A stretch of DNA of 39,815 nucleotides from Phycisphaerae bacterium (GCA_046539005.1 JBKHHV010000001.1:1-39815); one strand, 5' to 3'. Shown: positions 17,071 through 25,667, numbered from the stretch's first letter. Translations and numbers: made by a program. Notes: generated from the letters alone by a model not told the origin.

Positions 17071-19251
17071 ATGAGCAAGATCACCGAAGCGTACCAGAAA
17101 CTGTTCTTCGAGGCCGAGCAGGAGCGACGCCAGAAGAACGAGACCGGGAAGATCCGCATCCAGGTCGGGTCGGCCACCTGCGAAAACGCGGCCGGCGCCG
17201 AGGACATCTTCCAGGAGTTCCAGAAGCACGTGGCCGCCTCCGGGCGGGACGACATTGTCCTGCGCCGCACCGGCTGTACTGGCCGTTGCTCGTGCGAGCC
17301 GATTGTCGGCATTCTCAAGCCCGGCGAGATGCCCGTGAAATATCAGCGGGTCGACCGCGAACTCGTACACAAGATTTTCACCTCCCACATCGTGCACGAC
17401 GAGCCGGTCTTCGACCAGATGCTCGACTCCCACGCCGAGAGGCTCAACACCTACGAACTGCTGATGTGCTCGGGCTCCCGCTGCGGGCGGGGCTTCACCA
17501 AGGGGCTCGACGCTCTGTTCAAGGAGAAGCTCCTGGAGGCGGGGGTGGACCTCTCCCGCATCAACGTGCTGCGGGCCAACTGCTTCGGGCTCTGCCAGGA
17601 CGTCGATCACGGCAACGCCACGCACGTGCTGATCCGCCCGAGCATGGTGATGTATCGCATCGAAACGCCCGAGGACGTCGAGGAGATCGTCGAAACCCAC
17701 GTCAAGAAGGGGCAGTTCGTGGAGCATCTCCGCGTGGCCGACCGCCCCATGAGCCAGCGGTTCTTCAACCTCTACGGCGACGTGGCGTTCTTCAACCAGC
17801 AAAGCCGCATCGCCCTGCGGAACAGCGGCATCATCGACCCCGAGAACATCCACGAGTACATCCACTACAACGGCTTCGAGGCGCTCGCCCAGGTGCTGGA
17901 CCGCGGCGATCAGAAGTGGATCATCGACGAAGTCACCGCCTCCAAGGTCCGCGGTCGCGGGGGCGGAGGGTTCCCCACCGGGCTGAAGTGGGCCAACGCC
18001 GCCGAGCAGGACGCCGACGAGAAGTTCGTGATCTGCAACGCCGACGAGGGCGACCCCGGGGCGTTCATGGACCGCAGCATGCTCGAGGGCGACCCGTTCA
18101 GCATCATCGAGGGCATGATCATCGGCGGGTACGCGGTGGGTGCCACTCGCGGGTTCCTGTATATCCGCGCCGAGTACCCCATGGCCATCCGCCGCGTAGA
18201 GAACGCCATCGTCCAGGCACGCCGGAAAGGCCTGCTGGGCGAGAACATCCTGGATTCGGGCTTCGATTTCGACCTGGAGATCCGTCTCGGGGCCGGGGCG
18301 TTCGTCTGCGGCGAGGAGACCTCGCTGATCCATTCGATCGAGGGCAAGCGCGGTCAGCCGCGCATCCGCCCCCCGTACCCGACCCAGAGCGGGCTGTGGG
18401 GTAAGCCCACGGTCATCAACAATGTGGAGACGTGGGCGAACATCCCGGTGCTGCTGTACTACGGGGCCGAGTGGTTCTCGCAGATCGGCACCGAGAAGTC
18501 CGGCGGCACGAAGGTGTTCGCCCTGGCCGGCAAGGTGGAGCACACCGGGCTGGTGGAGGTGCCCATGGGCACCACGCTGCGGGAGATCGTCTTCGACATC
18601 GGCGGCGGCGTGCCGGGCGGCAAGAAGCTCAAGGCGATCCAGACCGGTGGACCGGCCGGCGGATGCATCCCCGCCAAGTGGCTGGACACCCCCGTCGACT
18701 TCGACACGCTCACCGAGGCCGGCTCGATTATGGGCTCCGGCGGCATGATCGTGATGGACGAGAGCGACTGCATGGTCGACATCGCCAAGTTCTTCATTAC
18801 CTTCAGCCAGGCCGAGAGCTGCGGCAAGTGCACCCCCTGCCGCGAGGGAACCACGCGGATGCTGGAGATTCTCGACAAGATCACCCACGGGCTGGCGACC
18901 CCTGAAGACCTGGTGAAGCTCGACCGGCTCGCCCGGCTGGTGCGTCAGGCGTCGCTGTGCGGGCTGGGACGGGCCGCCCCCAACCCGGTGCTCAGCACGA
19001 TGGAGCACTTCCGCGACGAGTACGAGGCCCACGTGGTCGACAAGACCTGCCCCGCCCACAAGTGCACGGCGCTGGTGCGGTTCGAGATCGACCCCGACAA
19101 GTGCGTCGGGTGCACCGCCTGTGCCCGCAACTGCCCCGTCTCGTGCATCCACGGCAAGCCCAAGCAACTTCACGAGATCGACCAGTCCCGCTGCATCAAA
19201 TGCGGCAAGTGCTTCCAGGTCTGCCGGTTCGACGCGGTCAACAAGCTCTAG
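17071..19251 (+). CDS. hydB: NuoF-like NAD(P)H-binding flavoprotein subunit of a multimeric [FeFe]-hydrogenase (HydB/HndC-like)
   Basis: Two N-terminal thioredoxin-like [2Fe-2S] modules (TGCTGRCSCEP, and CSGSRC...CFGLC). FMN/NADH site GRGGGGFPTG. N3-type cluster ESCGKCTPCREG. C-terminal 2x[4Fe-4S] region CVGCTACARNCP...CIKCGKCFQVC. Start taken at ATG 17071. Confidence 0.85.
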   Translation: MSKITEAYQKLFFEAEQERRQKNETGKIRIQVGSATCENAAGAEDIFQEFQKHVAASGRDDIVLRRTGCTGRCSCEPIVGILKPGEMPVKYQRVDRELVHKIFTSHIVHDEPVFDQMLDSHAERLNTYELLMCSGSRCGRGFTKGLDALFKEKLLEAGVDLSRINVLRANCFGLCQDVDHGNATHVLIRPSMVMYRIETPEDVEEIVETHVKKGQFVEHLRVADRPMSQRFFNLYGDVAFFNQQSRIALRNSGIIDPENIHEYIHYNGFEALAQVLDRGDQKWIIDEVTASKVRGRGGGGFPTGLKWANAAEQDADEKFVICNADEGDPGAFMDRSMLEGDPFSIIEGMIIGGYAVGATRGFLYIRAEYPMAIRRVENAIVQARRKGLLGENILDSGFDFDLEIRLGAGAFVCGEETSLIHSIEGKRGQPRIRPPYPTQSGLWGKPTVINNVETWANIPVLLYYGAEWFSQIGTEKSGGTKVFALAGKVEHTGLVEVPMGTTLREIVFDIGGGVPGGKKLKAIQTGGPAGGCIPAKWLDTPVDFDTLTEAGSIMGSGGMIVMDESDCMVDIAKFFITFSQAESCGKCTPCREGTTRMLEILDKITHGLATPEDLVKLDRLARLVRQASLCGLGRAAPNPVLSTMEHFRDEYEAHVVDKTCPAHKCTALVRFEIDPDKCVGCTACARNCPVSCIHGKPKQLHEIDQSRCIKCGKCFQVCRFDAVNKL

Positions 19252-19320
19252 TCGCCCCCGCAGACCCGTAGCGGACGCAACCAACCCGCCCCCGGCGGAC
19301 GCCAAAGCAAACGAGAACAC

Positions 19321-21081
19321 ATGGCTGAGAAGAAACAGATCAACCTGACCATCGACGGCGTGGAGATCAGCGTGCCCGAGGGCACCACGATCATGGAGGC
19401 GGCCGAGACGCTCGGGGTCCACATCCCGCGTCTGTGCTACCATCCCGACCTGAGCCTGGCAGGCTCCTGCCGCGTCTGCATTGTGGACGTCAAGGGCATG
19501 GGCTTCTTCATGGCTTCCTGCAGCGTGAACGTGTGGGAAGGCATGGAAGTACAGACCAACTCGCCGGAGATCCGCGAGGCGCGGCGCGATATCATCGAGC
19601 TGCTGCTGGACAACCACACCAAGGACTGCCAGACCTGCGAACGCGACGGACACTGCGAACTGCAGAACCTCGCCTACTCCCACGGCGTCCGCGAACGACT
19701 CTTCGAGGGCAAACGCGAAGAGTTCGTCATCGAGACCTCCAGCCGTTCGGTGATCCGCGACCCCAACAAGTGCGTTCTCTGCGGCCGATGCGTTCGCGTG
19801 TGCGACGAGATCCAGGGCGTCACGAACCTCTCCCAGCAGGGACGCGGGTTCGGCACCTTCGTCTCGCCCGCCCACGAGGCCGAGATGGACAACTCCGTCT
19901 GCATCCAGTGCGGACAGTGCATCAACGTCTGCCCCACCGCCGCGTTCCTGGAGCAGAAGCACACCGAGGACGTCTGGAATGCCCTGGCCGATCCGGAGAT
20001 GCACGTGGTCGCCCAGACGGCGCCGTCCATCCGGGCGGCCGTGGGCGAAGGGTTCGGGATCGACCCCGGTACCCCCGAGACCGGGCGGATGATCACCGCC
20101 CTGCGAAGGCTGGGGTTCGATGCGGTGTTCGACACCAACTTCGGCGCCGACCTGACCATCGTGGAAGAGTCGGCCGAGCTTCTGCGACGGCTGGAAGGGC
20201 AGGGCCCGCTGCCGATGTTCACCAGTTGCTCTCCCGGTTGGATCAACTTCCTGGAGAAGTTCTACCCGGCCCTGATTCCCAACGCATCGAGTTGCAAGAG
20301 CCCGATGTCGATGACCTCCACGCTCATCAAGACTTTCTACGCCGAGCAGACGGGGATCGACCCGGCGAAGATCTACGTCGTCGGCGTCATGCCGTGCGTG
20401 GCCAAGAAGTTCGAGATCCACCGCCCCGAGCACGCCATGGAAAACGGCGCGCCCTACACCGACGCGGTGCTGACCACCCGCGAGCTGATCTTCATGATCA
20501 AGTGCTATGGGATCGACTTCGTCTCCCTCCCCGACGGCGAGTTCGACCGCCCGCTGGGGCTTTCGACCGGGGCGGCCGACATCTTCGGAACCACCGGCGG
20601 CGTCATGGAAGCCTCGCTGCGGACGGCCTCGGAGAAGGTCACCGGCAAGCGCGACCAGCTCGAGTTTACCGAGGTCCGCGCGGTGGAAGGCCTGCGGGAA
20701 GCCGACGTGAAACTCGGCGACAAGACGCTGCACGTGGCCGTCGCCAACGGGCTCAACAACGCCAAGACCGTGCTGGACCAGGTGGTGGACGGCAGCAAGG
20801 AGTTCCACATCATCGAGGTGATGGCCTGCCCGGGCGGGTGCATCGGCGGGGGCGGGCAGCCCTATCCGCCCAAGGGCTTCGACGTGCTGGATCCGGAGTT
20901 GCTTCGCCTGCGGGCGTCGGCACTGTACAGCATCGACGGCGGCAAGCAGCTTCGCCGCTCGCACGAGAACCCCGCGATTACCGAAATCTACAGCCGTTTC
21001 CTCGGCGAAATCGGCGGGCCCAAGGCCCACAAGCTTCTGCACACCGAGTACCACCCACGAACCCCCCGAGGGATCCGATGA
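19321..21081 (+). CDS. hydA: [FeFe]-hydrogenase catalytic subunit (M3-type, HydA/HndD-like)
   Basis: N-terminal [2Fe-2S] region (CYHPDLSLAGSCRVCIV), a His-ligated cluster region (HTKDCQTCERDGHCELQ), and 2x[4Fe-4S] (CVLCGRCVRVC, CIQCGQCINVCP). H-cluster motifs are L1 FTSCSPGW, L2 MPCVAKKFE and L3 EVMACPGGCIGGGGQP. Confidence 0.9.
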   Translation: MAEKKQINLTIDGVEISVPEGTTIMEAAETLGVHIPRLCYHPDLSLAGSCRVCIVDVKGMGFFMASCSVNVWEGMEVQTNSPEIREARRDIIELLLDNHTKDCQTCERDGHCELQNLAYSHGVRERLFEGKREEFVIETSSRSVIRDPNKCVLCGRCVRVCDEIQGVTNLSQQGRGFGTFVSPAHEAEMDNSVCIQCGQCINVCPTAAFLEQKHTEDVWNALADPEMHVVAQTAPSIRAAVGEGFGIDPGTPETGRMITALRRLGFDAVFDTNFGADLTIVEESAELLRRLEGQGPLPMFTSCSPGWINFLEKFYPALIPNASSCKSPMSMTSTLIKTFYAEQTGIDPAKIYVVGVMPCVAKKFEIHRPEHAMENGAPYTDAVLTTRELIFMIKCYGIDFVSLPDGEFDRPLGLSTGAADIFGTTGGVMEASLRTASEKVTGKRDQLEFTEVRAVEGLREADVKLGDKTLHVAVANGLNNAKTVLDQVVDGSKEFHIIEVMACPGGCIGGGGQPYPPKGFDVLDPELLRLRASALYSIDGGKQLRRSHENPAITEIYSRFLGEIGGPKAHKLLHTEYHPRTPRGIR

Positions 21082-21614
21082 AACCCCAGAGCCCGACCGA
21101 CAACCGACCCGACGTTATGGCCGCCGCCAAGGCCGAACTGCCCGAGGATATCGTCAAGTTCATCGAGGAATGCTGCTGGAAAGAGCATTCCGAAAGCCAG
21201 CTCATCAGCGTGCTGCACAAGGTGCAGGCGCACTTCGGCTACCTCGCGCCCGAGAAACTCGACGCCGTCGCCCAGCTTCTGCAGGTGCCGGCCGCCACGG
21301 TCAGCGGCGTGGCGACGTTCTATCACTTCTTCCGGCTGACCCAGCGCGGGCGGTTCATCATCAGCGTGTGCATGGGCACCGCCTGCTACGTGAAGGGTGC
21401 CCAGGAAGTGGTCGAGAAGTTCCAGGACGAACTGGGCATTGCCTTCGGTGAGACCACCACCGACGGGATGTTCTCTCTGGAAGAATCGCGCTGCGTGGGA
21501 ACCTGCGGGCTGGCCCCGGTGGTGATGATCAACGAACAGGTCCACGGGAAGGTGACCCCCGACCAGGTGCCCGTGCTGATCGAGGACTACCGCCACCGCC
21601 CCGCGGCCGAATAG
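21078..21614 (+). CDS. hydC: NuoE-like thioredoxin-fold [2Fe-2S] subunit of the hydrogenase (HydC/HndA-like)
   Basis: FYHFFRL and CMGTACYVKG...CVGTCGLAP (C-x4-C...C-x3-C). The ATG overlaps the hydA stop (ATGA). Confidence 0.85.
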   Translation: MKPQSPTDNRPDVMAAAKAELPEDIVKFIEECCWKEHSESQLISVLHKVQAHFGYLAPEKLDAVAQLLQVPAATVSGVATFYHFFRLTQRGRFIISVCMGTACYVKGAQEVVEKFQDELGIAFGETTTDGMFSLEESRCVGTCGLAPVVMINEQVHGKVTPDQVPVLIEDYRHRPAAE

Positions 21615-21657
21615 CCCCCGGGCCCCTCGCCCCTCGCCCACACCGGAAAACCACAGG

Positions 21658-22764
21658 ATGCCCCAGCCGAGTCCCGACATCCCGGATCCCTCGCCCGGGC
21701 GGCTGCGGCGCGTCCGAAATGCCCTGGTGACCTGGTACGCCGAGCACCAGCGCGACCTGCCGTGGCGCCGCACCCACGATCCCTACGCCGTATGGGTCTC
21801 GGAGATCATGCTCCAGCAGACCCGCGTGGCGACGGTGATTCCCTACTTCAATCGATGGATGCAGCGGTTTCCCACCGTCGCCGATCTTGCCGAGGCCCCG
21901 CCGAACGACGTGCTCAAGCACTGGGAGGGGCTGGGCTACTACACCCGCGCCCGCAACCTGCACGCCGCGGCCGGGCAGGTGTGTGACCGCTACGATAGCC
22001 GCCTGCCGCGTGAGCCTGCCGACCTGCGGACGCTGCCGGGCATCGGGCGGTATACCGCCGGGGCGATCGCCTCCATCGCCTTCGGGCTCGACGAGCCGGT
22101 GCTGGACGGAAACGTGGTGCGGGTGCTGTGCCGGGTGTTCGCCATCGACGCCGACCCCGCCCGGGCGACCACGCGCGAGGCCCTGTGGAAGATTGCCCGC
22201 AGGCTGATCCCCGTCGGCCGCGCCGGCGAACTGAACCAGGCGATGATGGACCTCGGAGCCACCGTGTGTGTGCCGCGCGAGCCGCTGTGCCCCCGGTGCC
22301 CGCTGCGACGCCTGTGCGACGCCCGCCGGCAGCACCGTACCCACCAGCTTCCGCGCAAAACCCCCTCCAGGCAGACGCCGCACTACGAAATCGCGGCCGC
22401 GGTGGTGTACAAGGACGATCGCGTGCTCATTGCCCGCCGCAGGCCCGAGGGGTTGCTGGGCGGACTCTGGGAATTCCCCGGCGGCAAGCGCGAGGCCGGC
22501 GAAACACTCACCGACACCGCCCGGCGCGAAACCCGCGAGGAGACCGGCATCGATATCGAAGTTGGCGGCGAGATCACCGTCGTCAAACACGCCTACTCAC
22601 ACTTCCGCATCACGCTGCACGCCTTCCGGGCCCGCTGGCTGGCCGGGGAACCCCAAGCCCTCCAGTGCGATGCAGTCCGCTGGGTCCGCCCCGCGGACCT
22701 GAACCGCTACGCCTTCCCCGCCGCCAACCAGAAGATACTCCAGGCGTTGGCAGACGACGCCTGA
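21658..22764 (+). CDS. mutY: A/G-specific adenine DNA glycosylase
   Basis: LPWRRTHDPYAVWVSEIMLQQTRV, HhH-GPD LPGIGRYTAGAIASIAFG, [4Fe-4S] loop CVPREPLCPRCPLRRLC (C-x6-C-x2-C-x5-C), and a NUDIX-like C-terminal domain. Confidence 0.9.
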   Translation: MPQPSPDIPDPSPGRLRRVRNALVTWYAEHQRDLPWRRTHDPYAVWVSEIMLQQTRVATVIPYFNRWMQRFPTVADLAEAPPNDVLKHWEGLGYYTRARNLHAAAGQVCDRYDSRLPREPADLRTLPGIGRYTAGAIASIAFGLDEPVLDGNVVRVLCRVFAIDADPARATTREALWKIARRLIPVGRAGELNQAMMDLGATVCVPREPLCPRCPLRRLCDARRQHRTHQLPRKTPSRQTPHYEIAAAVVYKDDRVLIARRRPEGLLGGLWEFPGGKREAGETLTDTARRETREETGIDIEVGGEITVVKHAYSHFRITLHAFRARWLAGEPQALQCDAVRWVRPADLNRYAFPAANQKILQALADDA

Positions 22765-22859
22765 GCGCAGTGGCCCGAGGGGGTGTGTCGGTCGGCAGGC
22801 CGGGGCAACCAACCACGCTGCATTGTGTTGCCTGCGGGCGGCCGGTATGATGGCGGGAG

Positions 22860-23414
22860 ATGACTGACCACGACCCATTTTCCACCGAGCGGAATTCCAA
22901 TCTGTGGGCACCCTGGCGGATGGATTACATCCGCTCGCTTCCCGACGGCATCGAGAAGGACGGGGGCTGTTTTCTCTGTCGCTATCGCGACGAGCCTGGG
23001 AACGACGACGAGAACCTCGTCATCTGGCGCGGTCCGCGGTGCTTTGCGGTGATGAACCGCTTCCCCTATACCGGCGGGCACAGCCTCATCAGCCCGCTGG
23101 AGCACGTATCTTCGCTGGCGTCCCTGGACGGGGCGACCATGCAGGAGATGATGGAGATGACCCGCGACCTGCAGGCCGCCCTCGATAGGGCCCTGGGTGC
23201 CGAGGGCTACAACGTGGGCATCAACATCGGCCGATGCGCCGGGGCGGGGCTGCCCGGACACCTCCACCTGCACATTGTGCCCCGCTGGGGCGGGGACACC
23301 AACTTCATGCCCGTGTTCGGAAAGGTCCGCGTGATCCCCGAGGCGCTGGATAAGATTCTACAGAGACTCCGGCTGGCGGCCTGCGAGCTGGACCTGCCCA
23401 AGTTGAGCCCATGA
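22860..23414 (+). CDS. HIT-family nucleotide hydrolase/transferase (Ap4A-phosphorylase-like)
   Basis: Histidine triad GHLHLHIVPRW and NRFPYTGGH. Its stop overlaps the next start (ATGA). Confidence 0.85.
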   Translation: MTDHDPFSTERNSNLWAPWRMDYIRSLPDGIEKDGGCFLCRYRDEPGNDDENLVIWRGPRCFAVMNRFPYTGGHSLISPLEHVSSLASLDGATMQEMMEMTRDLQAALDRALGAEGYNVGINIGRCAGAGLPGHLHLHIVPRWGGDTNFMPVFGKVRVIPEALDKILQRLRLAACELDLPKLSP

Positions 23415-24565
23415 CTTCCGATACCCCATCTCCGCGAGAACTGTTCGAGACCGCCCAGGACGCAAGGCTGTCGTCGGCCGCCGTCCGCGAGCGCGACAGC
23501 GGCGGGCGTCGCACCCCCGAGCAGCCCCACGCCTACCGCACCTGCTTCCAGCGCGACCGCGACCGGGTGATGCACTGCAGCGCCTTCCGCCGGTTGGACT
23601 TCAAGACACAGGTCTTCGTGCCCCACACCTGCGACCACTTCCGCACGCGCCTCACCCACACGCTGGAGGTGGCGCAGATCGCCCGCGACCTGTCCAGGGC
23701 GATGCGGCTCAACGAGGACCTCGCCGAGGCCGTCGCGCTCGCACACGACCTGGGGCACCCGCCCTTCGGACACGCCGGCGAGCAGGCCCTGGCAGACCTG
23801 ATGGCCGACCACGGCTGCTTCGAGCACAACCGCCAGTCGCTGCGGATTGTCGACTACCTCGAACACCCCTACCCCGACTTCCGCGGGCTGAACCTGACCA
23901 TGGCCGTCCGCGAGTGCATCGCCAAGCACGAAACCCGCTACGACACGCCGGTCTGCGAGGACTTCGACACCACGCAGATGGCACCGCTGGAGGGGCAACT
24001 GGTCGACCTGGCCGACGAAATCGCCTACACCGCGGCCGACCTGGACGACGCCCTGCAGATGCGCCTCGTGACGGCGGAGTCGCTGGCGGGGTTGTCGCTG
24101 TGGCGGGAGGCGATGTGCCGGGTGGAGGCACGCTGGGGTCAGGCTCGGCCGATCCACAAGGAGATCCGCTGCTGCAAGGAGGTACTGGCGATGCTTGCCG
24201 ACGACCTGATCGTCACCACCGCCCAGCACATGGAAGCGCTGAACGTCGACAGCCCCCGCGCCGCCCGCCAGGCCGGTCACAAGTGCGTAACGTTTTCGTC
24301 GCACATGCGCGAGAACCTCAGCGAGATGCAGGACTACCTGCTGCGGAACGTTTACACCTCGGAAGGGAACATCCGCCAGGACGAGCGGGCCGGACAGGTC
24401 ATCCGGGAACTGTTCGCGGCGTACCTGTCGCGGCCGGAACTTCTGCCGCATCGCTATCAGAAGCGCAGTAACGAAGATGGGTTACATCGCGTGATCTGCG
24501 ACTACATCGCCGGCATGACCGATCGCTTCTGCAACGAGGAATACACCCGCATCTGCAGTCGCTGA
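23411..24565 (+). CDS. dgt: Deoxyguanosinetriphosphate triphosphohydrolase-like HD-domain protein
   Basis: FQRDRDRVMHCSAFRRLDFKTQVF, RLTHTLEVAQIAR and HDLGHPPFGH, with C-terminal DYIAGMTDRF. Confidence 0.85.
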   Translation: MTSDTPSPRELFETAQDARLSSAAVRERDSGGRRTPEQPHAYRTCFQRDRDRVMHCSAFRRLDFKTQVFVPHTCDHFRTRLTHTLEVAQIARDLSRAMRLNEDLAEAVALAHDLGHPPFGHAGEQALADLMADHGCFEHNRQSLRIVDYLEHPYPDFRGLNLTMAVRECIAKHETRYDTPVCEDFDTTQMAPLEGQLVDLADEIAYTAADLDDALQMRLVTAESLAGLSLWREAMCRVEARWGQARPIHKEIRCCKEVLAMLADDLIVTTAQHMEALNVDSPRAARQAGHKCVTFSSHMRENLSEMQDYLLRNVYTSEGNIRQDERAGQVIRELFAAYLSRPELLPHRYQKRSNEDGLHRVICDYIAGMTDRFCNEEYTRICSR

Positions 24566-24885
24566 GGTCTGGGGGAACCGGACCTCCTTGCAGGTGGACA
24601 CCGCAGGGCTCGCCCTCCAGGCAGGGGGGGTAAAAAGTCTGCCGGGGAGGGGTTTCTGCTTCTTCTTGAACTGTCGCGACTTGCGAAACGCCGGCCGAAA
24701 ACACGCTGCTTCGTCGACAAAAAATCCATTCGTTCCGGCTTGCCCGCGCCTACAGTATACACGGAACGGGCAGGACGAATTGCCAGCGTCTTCCCGATTC
24801 TCCCTACGCTTTCCGCGGGCTCTGCGCGGTGCAGAGCCCACTATTCGGCCAGGTGGAAATGACCACCTAGTGGAAACAGGTGCAG

Positions 24886-24920
24886 ACGGGCGACCCCCCT
24901 CAGGGCCGCCCGTTTGTGTG
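24886..24920 (+). terminator. Terminator-like hairpin with a weak T-rich tail inside the 24.6-25.7 kb gap
   Basis: ACGGGCGACCC / GGGCCGCCCGT forms an 11-bp stem with one A:C mismatch, loop CCCTCA, followed by TTGTGTG. No annotated + strand gene ends nearby; dgt stops 320 nt upstream. Confidence 0.35.
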
Positions 24921-25568
24921 CGCACTGCAATGGCAGGTTTACCTCGGCAAGTCGGCCGTTGCGTTTTCGCCGGCGGTAGGCGTTGCACGTCTTCGCCGAA
25001 GTTGATCCCGCCACCGGTGGAAGTTGCCGCCCGGCGGGGGACCGCCGTCTCTACCGGGGGAAGCCCGCCCTGGTCCCAGTCGGCCGTGGCGATGTTGGGC
25101 ATCATCGGGGGCGGGGTAGCAGCAAGCGATGCCTGCTGAGGCGGAGCCACCGAGGGCTGGTAGGGGGGTGTGGACTCGCGTACGCCACCCAGCACGATGA
25201 TCGGCAGCCCGATGACCCGGTGTCGGCCGGTTCCCCCTTGGCAGTCCAAGCAGCCCCCGAAGCGTACGATTTGGGTGCCTCTTCGCCAGTCCCGCCCCAT
25301 GGCGAGCGAAGAAATGCGCAGCGGATCGGATTTTTGCAGGTTTCCTGCACGGGTAGGACGGGCGAACACCGCTTCAGACCCAATATGTGGGTTTGCCGAC
25401 CGATCCGCCACGCCAGATATTGGGGTTGGAAGCTATCTCCGAAGTCTGCGTGTAAGACCCTGTATCGCAGCGGGTTACGGCTTCATGCGTGGGGCAGGAT
25501 TGCCTAAAGCAGCCTCGCCCAACTTGCCGATAGCCTGAGTGTCTGATGCAACTGGAAGGACACATCCG

Positions 25569-25667
25569 ATGCAAACTGCGTATGGTATTCTGGCGAGTCT
25601 GACCGAGGTGCTGGTGTTCACGGCCGGCGCTATCGGTATGATTGTCGCCGCCTGCATCCTGATCTGA
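25569..25667 (+). CDS. Candidate 32-aa hydrophobic small protein (below the ORF-track cutoff)
   Basis: ATG at 25569 is preceded by GGAAGGA 8 nt upstream. Translation is MQTAYGILASLTEVLVFTAGAIGMIVAACILI, then TGA: a single predicted TM helix. I recognise no family. Confidence 0.3.
   Translation: MQTAYGILASLTEVLVFTAGAIGMIVAACILI

Noticed and set aside
21615-21657. Short tandem GCCCCTC GCCCCTC between hydC and mutY
   Set aside because: This is a two-copy heptamer in GC-rich spacer. Nothing distinguishes it from chance.
24482-25411. 309-aa minus-strand ORF spanning most of the 24.6-25.7 kb gap
   Set aside because: It overlaps the 3' end of the dgt-like gene and runs through AT-rich and hairpin-dense sequence. 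Third-position GC is high only in its middle third. I treat it as at most a decayed remnant (see the finding at 24960-25290).
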